DNA of 57,846 nt from a virus (IMGVR_UViG_3300009467_000016:1-57846), one strand, 5' to 3'. Positions 8,550 through 15,985 are shown, counted from the stretch's first letter. Notes: a model not told the origin generated them from the letters alone. Program-made: numbers and translations.

Positions 8550-8587
8550 AAGGGTCAATCAATTTAGCCCATGACTAGCCCTACACC

Positions 8588-8616
8588 TTGATAGCATAGG
8601 ACTAGGCAGAAGTCAA
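8588..8616 (-). promoter_or_regulatory. Sigma70-type early promoter
   Basis: TTGACT-N17-TATCAA with TGc extended -10. Confidence 0.7.
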
Positions 8617-8622
8617 ATCAAC

Positions 8623-8835
8623 TCAGATGCTGTAAGAATAACGGTTACGCAATTCATCTGAGTACGTTAGGGCTTGATCTATATAAAACCCCTCTTTTTC
8701 TACATTGTGATCTGCCATAGCACGTGCAGCGTTATGACAATCTTTAATGATATGGCGTAACGCCTCAATATCACAATCGCTTGCGTTCCTGCGCCATGTT
8801 TCAAAGTCCTCTTTTGTTGCATAATCAGGTCTCAT
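8623..8835 (-). CDS. Hypothetical early protein
   Basis: GGGGGAGACT RBS; ATGA overlap with upstream gene. Confidence 0.75.
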   Translation of the reverse strand: MRPDYATKEDFETWRRNASDCDIEALRHIIKDCHNAARAMADHNVEKEGFYIDQALTYSDELRNRYSYSI

Positions 8836-9008
8836 AAGTCTCCCCCCATTAAAATCTGTTTCAATTCAGTAACAGATACCCCTGCGATTTGGGCTAGTTC
8901 CGACAACAGCATATCAGGATTGTTATCATAAACATCCTTTAACGCATCATTACGGCGTACTATAGCCGCTTCCTTAGCTTCCCTGCATACCTTGCCAAAC
9001 TCAGTCAT
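8832..9008 (-). CDS. Small HTH-like protein
   Basis: Start placed at ATG 9008; NPDMLLSELAQIAGVSVTELKQIL resembles a helix-turn-helix. Confidence 0.6.
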   Translation of the reverse strand: MTEFGKVCREAKEAAIVRRNDALKDVYDNNPDMLLSELAQIAGVSVTELKQILMGGDL

Positions 9009-9027
9009 TGTTTTAGTCTCCTCAAAA

Positions 9028-9051
9028 TTAGTGTCGGATTGTCCGACGTTA
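9028..9051. repeat. Dyad repeat copy 7 (loop TTG)
   Basis: Between promoter 9068-9096 and RBS. Confidence 0.95.
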
Positions 9052-9067
9052 ACGTTGCCTTGCAATA

Positions 9068-9096
9068 TGTATAGCATAGGGTGTCGCTTATGTCAA
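9068..9096 (-). promoter_or_regulatory. Sigma70-type early promoter
   Basis: TTGACA-N17-TATACA with TGc extended -10. Confidence 0.8.
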
Positions 9097-9158
9097 ACCA
9101 GACGGCATCCCATTACTATCATGCGTATGTGCGCGTTCCCGGCGCGTACGTAAGGCAC

Positions 9159-9192
9159 AAAAAAGCCCCGCAAACTCGAAAGCTTGCAGGGC
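9159..9192 (-). terminator. Rho-independent terminator
   Basis: Minus strand GCCCTGCAAGCT-TTCG-AGTTTGCGGGGC followed by T6. Confidence 0.85.
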
Positions 9193-9196
9193 GTGA

Positions 9197-9220
9197 TTAG
9201 TGTCGGATTATCCGACCTTA
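9197..9220. repeat. Dyad repeat copy 8 (loop TTA, ...CCTTA variant)
   Basis: Terminal TTA is the stop of gene 9218-9874. Confidence 0.95.
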
Positions 9221-9874
9221 TTTCTTGGTTTGGGGACGCTTGTGTTTCTGCTGCTGCTCAAGTGTATTCTTAAGCGTCAAAAGTACATCGGCAATTTTGA
9301 TGTTATGCTTGGCAGCCGTTGCCAGCGCGTTGTCTACAATGCTTTGCGCCGATACGGTTTCAGTTTTCTTGCTTGTCGCGCTAGTTGCAGGGCCTTGCTT
9401 TGATGTTTTCTTTTGTGCCTCTTTAATTGCCTTTTTACACTTTGATACACCCATTGCATCAAGGCTTTCTGTATCGTCCATTTTTGTGACTACAGACCAA
9501 TTTTTGGCGATTAGAATAGCGTCACTAACGTCCTGCTTTGACATGAAACCGATAGAGCTGGTTTCGCGATATGTTGCAAAGCTTGCTTCGCCCCGTGCCT
9601 TGATGTCGCCGCCTGCAGCGATCCAATTCTTGCGTATCTCAATCAAGTTATCGCCAATAGTTTTCCAATATGACAAGCCAGTCTTTGCGTTCTCGGCAAG
9701 CTTTTCGGTGTTATCAATTACCGTCGAGAATAGTGGGCTATTGAGTGTAGACAAGTCAGGCTTTTCAGTTTTTGCCTTACGCTCTTTTGCAGTTGTCTTT
9801 ATGTTAACGACTTTTGTGTTGGTCTTTGTTGCTGTCTTTGAAGTCTTTGTGGTTTTCTTTGCAGTGTTAGCCAT
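9218..9874 (-). CDS. Lys/Thr-rich first early protein
   Basis: Start placed at ATG 9874 after GGAGACT; flanked by two dyad repeats and a terminator. Confidence 0.8.
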   Translation of the reverse strand: MANTAKKTTKTSKTATKTNTKVVNIKTTAKERKAKTEKPDLSTLNSPLFSTVIDNTEKLAENAKTGLSYWKTIGDNLIEIRKNWIAAGGDIKARGEASFATYRETSSIGFMSKQDVSDAILIAKNWSVVTKMDDTESLDAMGVSKCKKAIKEAQKKTSKQGPATSATSKKTETVSAQSIVDNALATAAKHNIKIADVLLTLKNTLEQQQKHKRPQTKK

Positions 9875-9925
9875 TTGATTAGTCTCCATTGGGTTAAATC
9901 AACACCGACACGGTGCCGATAAGCT

Positions 9926-9954
9926 TTTGTAATCTTAATCGGTGTTTAGGTCAA
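9926..9954 (-). promoter_or_regulatory. Putative early promoter
   Basis: TTGACC-N17-TACAAA. Confidence 0.5.
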
Positions 9955-9973
9955 TACACTTTCTGAAAAAAGA

Positions 9974-9997
9974 TTAGTGTCGGATAATCCGACCTTA
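9974..9997. repeat. Dyad repeat copy 9 (loop TAA, ...CCTTA variant)
   Basis: Read directly. Confidence 0.95.
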
Positions 9998-10393
9998 ATT
10001 GATTGGCGTTAGTCGTGTCGGTGTTGTTTCTTTTGAGGTATACTTTTTTGAGCCATTATAGAGACAAGCTTTTGAGTTAAGCATTGGTGCACAAATGTTT
10101 CGTTTCTCTTTCACTTGTTCAAAGTATAGGAAAACAAGCCTATTTTGACGATATATTAATAGATAATCAGTAATAATATTGAGTAATAACAATGGTTTAC
10201 ACTGTAAAACCCCTGCATAATGATAGAACTGCCTTGAAAAGCACCCCCTGCGACGGCCACCCCCCACCCGTACTGTACGTATATATGTACTCTGCAACAC
10301 ACGGGGTTTCTCAATAGCACAACCTTAAGTATAACCCCAAAGAAAGACGTTTTATGCTTGATCCCGGCTGCATATATGTGCTAGACTACAAAT

Positions 10394-10409
10394 TGTTTCA
10401 CGTGAAACA
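10394..10409. promoter_or_regulatory. parS: parS site 1
   Basis: Perfect TGTTTCACGTGAAACA palindrome in the divergent intergenic region. Confidence 0.88.
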
Positions 10410-10535
10410 TTCCTGATGAGTGAATTTATATGCAATGTATACTGGTTAGTCCCAAATAGTGGAACAAGTTAGCTATTAGTGTGCTTTTTATGCAACACTC
10501 TTAAAGAAAAACACATAGCTAGGGTATTTTTGGGG

Positions 10536-10563
10536 TTGACATGGGGTGTTATTTGTGTAAAAC
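10536..10563 (+). promoter_or_regulatory. Putative promoter of the late arm
   Basis: TTGACA-N16-TAAAAC(TA); a similar TTGACT-N16-TAAAAC(TA) lies at 10730-10757. Confidence 0.55.
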
Positions 10564-10580
10564 TACGGTAGTAGGTAGTA

Positions 10581-10750
10581 GTTAAACTTTAAAGTTTAAT
10601 TATCATGTTAAAACAAAAAAACACTTAACTAAAAGTTTAACTTACTACTTCGCATTAAGAAAAGTTTAACTTTAAAGTTTAACTACAGTTAATTATTTCT
10701 TATTATTTGTATAAATTACAACAAAACACTTGACTTAAAGTTTAACATAA
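10581..10750. repeat. AT-rich region with AAAGTTTAA(C/T) iterations
   Basis: Five direct copies, one inverted copy, and the 18-bp palindrome TTAAACTTTAAAGTTTAA at 10582-10599. Confidence 0.8.
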
Positions 10751-10760
10751 GTAAAACTAT

Positions 10761-11015
10761 ATGAAAATAGACAAACAAGAATCTGTACTAGAGACATTTT
10801 ACCTAGCGTTAGCTTCCAGTAACAACAAGGCGTTACATGAAGTTCACATCCCTATGTCTGATGTATTTTATGTACGAGCAGCTATTGAGGCTGACACTGG
10901 GGTTAGGTATACGTTAGACCACGTTGAGCGTTCAATGTACTTAGAGGGTCACTTAGGTCGTAAGGACGTATTAGACCCTGATAGACCAAGAGGATATTGT
11001 ACTTACGATGCCTAG
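10761..11015 (+). CDS. Hypothetical protein, first gene of late arm
   Basis: 84-aa ORF overlapping the next gene. Confidence 0.7.
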   Translation: MKIDKQESVLETFYLALASSNNKALHEVHIPMSDVFYVRAAIEADTGVRYTLDHVERSMYLEGHLGRKDVLDPDRPRGYCTYDA

Positions 11016-11199
11016 ACAGCACTTTGATGATTGGAAAGTAATGCCACGGCTTATGATGCTTGTGGTTACGCTTTTAACTTACCAAGTCACACATTGGTAC
11101 ATGGGTTTACCTGACCCTACCATACAGCAGAGTGGACTTGTATCAGTCGTAATGGGGGCATTAACCGGGTGTTTTGCAATATGGATGGGCAAAGAGTAA
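11008..11199 (+). CDS. Two-TM small membrane protein (holin-like)
   Basis: Two hydrophobic helices; lysis module context. Confidence 0.6.
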   Translation: MPRQHFDDWKVMPRLMMLVVTLLTYQVTHWYMGLPDPTIQQSGLVSVVMGALTGCFAIWMGKE

Positions 11200-11207
11200 G
11201 TATAGCC

Positions 11208-11396
11208 ATGCCGATTCACAAAGAAGTTAATCGCTTTCTTTGGATTATTAAGGGTAGGTTGGCTCCTGATGAGTACAGTGAGCAAGACTATTTAGACGTA
11301 CATGACGCTTACTTTAGACGGCTCTGGGGCAACCATGAGAACTGTGTCCATGAGGAAGGCTTTGAGGAAGCATATACGGAGAAGTATAACAAATGA
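11208..11396 (+). CDS. Hypothetical acidic protein
   Basis: ATG 11208; ATGA overlap with next gene. Confidence 0.6.
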   Translation: MPIHKEVNRFLWIIKGRLAPDEYSEQDYLDVHDAYFRRLWGNHENCVHEEGFEEAYTEKYNK

Positions 11397-11746
11397 TTGG
11401 TCAACTCATAGGTAGCCTTACAGGTTTAGCAACAAGTATCATTGATGGCAAGACCCAGATTAAACTCACTGAAGCTGAGATAAAGAAAAAGCAGCTTACA
11501 GGTGAGTTAGATTGGGACTTAGAAGCTATGAGGGCTACTGAGAATAGCTGGAAGGATGAATGGATTACTTTGTTGTTTAGCATTCCGCTTATCTTAGCTT
11601 TTTGTGGTGATTGGGGTAACGATATAGTAGCTAGGGGTTTTGCAGCGTTGGAGGTTATGCCTCAGTGGTATCAGATTGCATTAGGTGGTATTGTTTCAGC
11701 TTCCATAGGAATGCGTTCAGTGAGTAAGTTCTTTGGAAAGAAGTAA
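11393..11746 (+). CDS. Putative holin (3TM type)
   Basis: SWKDEW motif, hydrophobic helices, basic C-terminus, upstream of endolysin. Confidence 0.65.
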   Translation: MIGQLIGSLTGLATSIIDGKTQIKLTEAEIKKKQLTGELDWDLEAMRATENSWKDEWITLLFSIPLILAFCGDWGNDIVARGFAALEVMPQWYQIALGGIVSASIGMRSVSKFFGKK

Positions 11747-11762
11747 TAATGTAGTGATAAAA

Positions 11763-11870
11763 ATGCCACAGTTAAGTAACTTGGATAGGCAATACATTAC
11801 ATTAGAGAAACAGCAAGAGTTAATACGAGAGCAAGCAAAGCTCATAGAGGAGAAACAAAATGGGGTTTAA
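11763..11870 (+). CDS. Small coiled-coil peptide (35 aa)
   Basis: MPQLSNLDRQYITLEKQQELIREQAKLIEEKQNGV fills the gap before the endolysin. Confidence 0.45.
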   Translation: MPQLSNLDRQYITLEKQQELIREQAKLIEEKQNGV

Positions 11871-12312
11871 GTTATCATCACGTAGTATTGATCGTCTTGG
11901 CGGTATTGATGCAGGACTAATAACTGTAGTTAACACAGCTATTGACATGACTAAAGTTGACTTTGGTGTGACATGCGGTATGCGTACATTAGCCGAGCAG
12001 GAAGCTTTGGTAGCTAAGGGTGCATCACAAACCATGAAAAGCAAGCACTTAGAGGGTCGTGCAGTTGATCTTGTAGCTTACGTAGGGTCTAACGTTACTT
12101 GGGCTTTAAATATGTATGACGAGATAGCTGACGCTATGGCTGACGCTGCACGTATTCACGGTGTAGCTGTTAAGTGGGGTGCTGCTTGGAGTGTAGGTAA
12201 CATTGCTGAGTGGGACGGTTCTATGGAAGAAGCTATGAATAGCTATGTAGACCTACGCCGTTCTCAAGGTCGCAGGCCATTTATTGATGCTCCACATTTT
12301 GAAATGATGTAG
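11860..12312 (+). CDS. Endolysin, peptidase M15 (L-Ala-D-Glu peptidase-like)
   Basis: GMRT..EQ, SKHLEGRAVD, WG, DAPHFE Zn-peptidase motifs. Confidence 0.9.
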   Translation: MGFKLSSRSIDRLGGIDAGLITVVNTAIDMTKVDFGVTCGMRTLAEQEALVAKGASQTMKSKHLEGRAVDLVAYVGSNVTWALNMYDEIADAMADAARIHGVAVKWGAAWSVGNIAEWDGSMEEAMNSYVDLRRSQGRRPFIDAPHFEMM

Positions 12313-12323
12313 ATGTTTAGATT

Positions 12324-12659
12324 ATGGAGTTTATATTAGGATTAGCACTATCTGCCCACATAGGATTTGATAGAGGTTACAATAATGTACATCCCTTTTT
12401 TGATATAAGGCACGAAAATTTAATAATAGGTGGATACTATAATTCGTTGGAAACTACGAGTTTTTATTTTGGAAGATCAAATGAGTTATTTGAAGGTTTA
12501 TCTATTGAAACAGTAATTGTTTCTGGTTATAATGCCTCAATTATACCTACAACAAGACTGGTATTTGATAATTACTATGTTCTTATTGGAAAAGAAGGAA
12601 AAAACTACGGCCTTGTTATTGGCTATCAAATACCATTAAATACATATATTGGAGAATAA
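12324..12659 (+). CDS. AT-rich putative small outer-membrane beta-barrel-like protein
   Basis: YNNVHP...GGYYNS...SFYFG amphipathic strands; visibly lower GC than neighbours. Confidence 0.5.
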   Translation: MEFILGLALSAHIGFDRGYNNVHPFFDIRHENLIIGGYYNSLETTSFYFGRSNELFEGLSIETVIVSGYNASIIPTTRLVFDNYYVLIGKEGKNYGLVIGYQIPLNTYIGE

Positions 12660-12664
12660 ATAAA

Positions 12665-13195
12665 ATGCCATCTAAAGCTAAACCCATTCAAATGAAGACT
12701 ACTTATCATGTAGGTGGGGATACAAAAGCTGTTCCAAAATCAGTAGACATTAACGCCGCCAATGCACGTAATAAGTTTAATGCTGCAAACAAATCGGCTG
12801 TGAATGCACGTAATAAGTTTAATGCTGCAAACAAAGCAACGCCGACAGCAGTATCAACGCCGACAGCCGACCCAACGCCGACAGCCGATACACGCAAATC
12901 TCCAATCGGCATTATGAAAGAAAAATCAACGCCAAACAGACGAAGACCGTCAAGTCGTAGATTACAACAGATGCAAAGACGCAAATTAGCAATGATGCGT
13001 AGACGCGGAGGTGGACGTGTTTCACCAGCAGCTACTCCAACCCCTAGTCGTCCAACCCCTAGTAGAGGTGGACGTGTAATCCCTAGTAGAGGTGGGCGTC
13101 CAACCCCTCGTAATATGGCTGTTAGAGGGCCAAGACGCGCTACAGGTGGCAGACGTAGACTTGGCAGAAACCTTAGTCGTTTTTCGTTTCAGTAA
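12665..13195 (+). CDS. Arg/Pro-rich low-complexity basic protein with internal repeats
   Basis: NARNKFNAANK x2, PTA(D) repeats, PSRGGR x2; GGAG RBS. Confidence 0.7.
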   Translation: MPSKAKPIQMKTTYHVGGDTKAVPKSVDINAANARNKFNAANKSAVNARNKFNAANKATPTAVSTPTADPTPTADTRKSPIGIMKEKSTPNRRRPSSRRLQQMQRRKLAMMRRRGGGRVSPAATPTPSRPTPSRGGRVIPSRGGRPTPRNMAVRGPRRATGGRRRLGRNLSRFSFQ

Positions 13196-13209
13196 GGTAG
13201 TATTGCAAT

Positions 13210-13488
13210 ATGAGCATAGATTACAGGGGAGAGACATTTGCAGGTTATAACAAGCCGAAGCGTACCCCTGATCACCCGAAAAAAAGTCATGCCGTTCTTG
13301 CGAAAGAAGGTACAACCATTAAGCTCATCAGGTTCGGTGAACAAGGAGCGAAGACCGCCGGGAAGCCAAAAAAAGGTGAATCCGACAAGATGAAGAAAAA
13401 ACGTGCATCCTTTAAAGCAAGACACGGTAAAAACATAAAAAAGGGAAAACTCAGCGCAGCATACTGGGCTGATAGAACAAAATGGTAA
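13210..13488 (+). CDS. Conserved basic phage protein
   Basis: FAGYNKPKRTP...LIRFG...SFKARH...SAAYWA...KW pattern recalled from marine phages. Confidence 0.8.
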   Translation: MSIDYRGETFAGYNKPKRTPDHPKKSHAVLAKEGTTIKLIRFGEQGAKTAGKPKKGESDKMKKKRASFKARHGKNIKKGKLSAAYWADRTKW

Positions 13489-13511
13489 CACGCTATAAAG
13501 GATAATATATC

Positions 13512-14063
13512 ATGGCAACTACAACTTTAACACAAGGTATTGAAGAATACCAATCAGACATTACATTTGGTAATGGCATTGACGTAACAGGCACTGGTGC
13601 ATTTAGTGGCGCAGTAACCCTGTTGAAACCTATTGAAAGTATTACTGCTGCAACACGTACTGTGCTTGCTGCTGAGTCAGGTACAATTTTTAGTCTTAAT
13701 CGTGCTGCGGGGATTGTTGTAACTTTACCTGCTGCTGCTGTTGGACTTAACTATAAGTTCCACATTGGTACTACAGGTACTGGTACACTTACTATTAATG
13801 CAGCTACATCTGCTGATACCCTTCAGGGTGTAGTAATGATGCATGACAAAGACGAAGTAGGTTCTGTTGTTGTTCTTAATGAGAACATTCAGACCTCTGC
13901 TTTTGCTGTTCCTGCCGCTGCTGATCACCAGCTTGTAATGGATGCTGACACTAAGGGACGTTTTGTCGGTGGTATTGTTGAGTACACCTGCTTGTCAGAT
14001 TCCAAGTGGGTTGTAGAGGGACACCTCTTTGGTGACGGCAACTCAGTAACTCCATTCACATAA
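13512..14063 (+). CDS. Putative virion structural (fibre/decoration-like) protein
   Basis: Thr/Gly-rich beta protein, AAESG...RAAGIVVTLPAA. Confidence 0.6.
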   Translation: MATTTLTQGIEEYQSDITFGNGIDVTGTGAFSGAVTLLKPIESITAATRTVLAAESGTIFSLNRAAGIVVTLPAAAVGLNYKFHIGTTGTGTLTINAATSADTLQGVVMMHDKDEVGSVVVLNENIQTSAFAVPAAADHQLVMDADTKGRFVGGIVEYTCLSDSKWVVEGHLFGDGNSVTPFT

Positions 14064-14100
14064 TTTTAATTTGCTATAATAAAAGAGGGGGTAGTTACTA

Positions 14101-14367
14101 ATGTCAGGACCAACTAAGATATCTGTAACTCCTCCTTTAGGCAAACGTAACTATCGTAAAGAATACGATAACTACCACGCCTCACCAGAGCAAAAGAAAA
14201 AGAGAGCCTCACGCAACGCTGCACGTAAACGCAGTGCAGCAAAACCGGGGCAGGACGTTCATCACAAAAATGGCAATCCTTTAGATAACAGGAAGGGCAA
14301 CTTAGCTGTTGTATCCCCTAGCTCTAATAGATCGTTTCCACGTGATCGTAACGCTAGGAAAACGTAA
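14101..14367 (+). CDS. HNH endonuclease
   Basis: DVHHKNGNPLDN..GNL...NR. Confidence 0.85.
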   Translation: MSGPTKISVTPPLGKRNYRKEYDNYHASPEQKKKRASRNAARKRSAAKPGQDVHHKNGNPLDNRKGNLAVVSPSSNRSFPRDRNARKT

Positions 14368-14383
14368 CGGGAGTTAAAACACA

Positions 14384-14686
14384 ATGGTTGACCAAGCCGC
14401 ATTGGTAGGAGAACACTTAGGATGGGCTGTAGAAGACGCAGTTACTCTAGGTGATACTGCTACTACACACGTAGTTTGCACTAACGCTAAGATGGTGCTT
14501 ATTGAGACAAGTCACGCTTTAGATATAGGTTTTGCTACAGCAGAAGCTGACATTACAGATAACGACATTATGTTACCTGCTGGTGTTCACAGTCTTGTTG
14601 TACCTAAAGCTATAGGTAACGCTACAATTTTAAATTACAGACGAGGTAGCAGTACAAGTACGCTAGTTCGTGTTGTATTAACATAA
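14384..14686 (+). CDS. Hypothetical (possible structural) protein
   Basis: 100-aa ORF with GGGAG RBS. Confidence 0.7.
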   Translation: MVDQAALVGEHLGWAVEDAVTLGDTATTHVVCTNAKMVLIETSHALDIGFATAEADITDNDIMLPAGVHSLVVPKAIGNATILNYRRGSSTSTLVRVVLT

Positions 14687-14701
14687 AGGGGATTACACAA
14701 G

Positions 14702-15400
14702 ATGGCTAGTAAGTTAACACAGTGGATTAATGCCAGTTTAAAAAACAAAGGTATGACCGCTAAACAAGCACAAAAGAATGCTTATAAGTACAAGAGTATT
14801 GCTGCAGCTAAAAAGGCAGGGTCTTTGTACTACAAAGATAAGAACGGTAAGATAATGATTGCCGCTTATGCGGAGGACTTAAAAAACATTCCTAAAGTCA
14901 AACCTAAAGACAAGCCTAAAGCTGATCGTAAAGATGGCTTACTGAGTAAGAGTGGCAACCCTACACAAGGTCCGGGTAATCGCGGAATGCGTGAAAAAAA
15001 GATTACCACAACTCCTCTCCCTAAGACTTCAACAGCTAAACCTAAACCTAGCGTAGAAGCCCTTGTTAAACCGTCTGTGCCTGTACAGCCTAGTGGTGGT
15101 GGCAATGGTAAAGCTAACCCTACAACAAATTCAGCAAAGCTTGACGCTTGGAAAGCAGGAGATAAAGGTCTTAGTTCTAAAGAGCAATTTCGTTTAGCTA
15201 AATGGGCTGAAAGAAATGACTTAAGTGTTCCTAAAGACTTAGCTAAAGATCGTGTTAGACTTAGCCTTAAAACTTCACTGAATAAAAACAAAGGTGGTCC
15301 TGTAACTAAGAAGCCTAAAGGTGCTTACGCTGCAGGTGGTATGACTAAAAAGTCAGGCTATATGTATGGTGGCATGGCAAAGAAAAAGGCGAAGAAATAA
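14702..15400 (+). CDS. Lys-rich protein with C-terminal xxxGG motifs
   Basis: KNKGGPV, YAAGGMT, YMYGGMA near the C-terminus. Confidence 0.75.
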   Translation: MASKLTQWINASLKNKGMTAKQAQKNAYKYKSIAAAKKAGSLYYKDKNGKIMIAAYAEDLKNIPKVKPKDKPKADRKDGLLSKSGNPTQGPGNRGMREKKITTTPLPKTSTAKPKPSVEALVKPSVPVQPSGGGNGKANPTTNSAKLDAWKAGDKGLSSKEQFRLAKWAERNDLSVPKDLAKDRVRLSLKTSLNKNKGGPVTKKPKGAYAAGGMTKKSGYMYGGMAKKKAKK

Positions 15401-15487
15401 TGCATAACGGGATTGCATTCTTGTATGTAGTCCTTTAAGTCAAAGCATGGTATAACTATCTCTGGTAATACATAGAGGAGTTATACC

Positions 15488-15640
15488 ATGTTTAAAACAT
15501 TTATCAAAGCATTACAAGACAGTCAAATGCGTAGAGTGCAATACTGGCAGTTAGTTAATATGTCAGATTCTGCGCTTAAAGACATTGGAGTCACACGTGG
15601 CGAAATTAAGCAAAAGTTCTACGGTAAAGAAGGTACCTAA
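15488..15640 (+). CDS. DUF1127 (YjiS-like) small protein, 50 aa (not in ORF track)
   Basis: MFKTFIKALQDSQMRRVQYWQLVNMSDSALKDIGVTRGEIKQKFYGKEGT has the LxxMSDxxLKDIGxxRxEI signature; GAGGAG RBS; TGgTATAAC -10 at 15448-15456. Confidence 0.85.
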   Translation: MFKTFIKALQDSQMRRVQYWQLVNMSDSALKDIGVTRGEIKQKFYGKEGT

Positions 15641-15830
15641 AGCAAAAGGCTATGCTAAAGGTGGTTCAACAGTAAATGCGGCGGGTAATTATACTAAGCC
15701 TACTATGCGTAAGTCTCTTGTCGCCTCCGTTAAGGCTGGCGGCAAAGGTGGAAGCCCCGGACAGTGGTCGGCTCGTAAAGCTCAAATGGTTGCCAAGCAA
15801 TACAAAGCAAAAGGTGGAGGATACACGTAA
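15597..15830 (+). CDS. Basic protein, DUF5872-like N-terminal half
   Basis: GNYTKP.MRK...GGKGGSPGQWSARKAQ..AKQYKAKGGGY. Confidence 0.7.
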   Translation: MAKLSKSSTVKKVPKAKGYAKGGSTVNAAGNYTKPTMRKSLVASVKAGGKGGSPGQWSARKAQMVAKQYKAKGGGYT

Positions 15831-15985
15831 TGAAAGTAGACGCACCTAAAGGTTATCACTGGATGAAACAAAAAGATGGCAGTTTAAAACTAATGAAGCA
15901 TGACGGTAAGTTTGTTCCTCACAAGGGGGCAAGCCTTGCTGCTAACTTTGCAGTACAAAAGAAACACAATGCCAAACAAAAGTAA
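15830..15985 (+). CDS. Small basic protein (51 aa; not in ORF track)
   Basis: MKVDAPKGYHWMKQKDGSLKLMKHDGKFVPHKGAS...; TAATG coupling. Confidence 0.7.
   Translation: MKVDAPKGYHWMKQKDGSLKLMKHDGKFVPHKGASLAANFAVQKKHNAKQK

Noticed and set aside
9225-9878. 217-aa plus-strand ORF and other long antisense ORFs (e.g. 272-685, 7696-8181, 34712-35503, 35759-36388)
   Set aside because: Shadows of real genes on the opposite strand; no RBS, against operon direction, composition mirrors the sense codons
8043-9889. Shared METK/METN N-termini in the ORF track (8057, 8519, 9889) as a peptide motif
   Set aside because: They come from translating the conserved (A/G)TGGAGACT ribosome-binding motif; the true starts are a few codons downstream
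4089-9997. Dyad repeats as a CRISPR array
   Set aside because: Spacing is about 150-1700 bp and mostly contains whole genes; there is no cas operon (the Cas4-like fold at 52400 is a usual phage replication exonuclease)
4089-9997. Dyad repeats as classical integron attC sites or N4-type hairpin promoters
   Set aside because: Too short for attC and lacking a paired GTTRRRY end on the coding strand; no virion or T7-like RNA polymerase motifs recognised in any large ORF
9995-10300. 101-aa minus-strand ORF in the divergent gap
   Set aside because: No RBS, non-protein-like composition, overlaps AT-rich regulatory sequence
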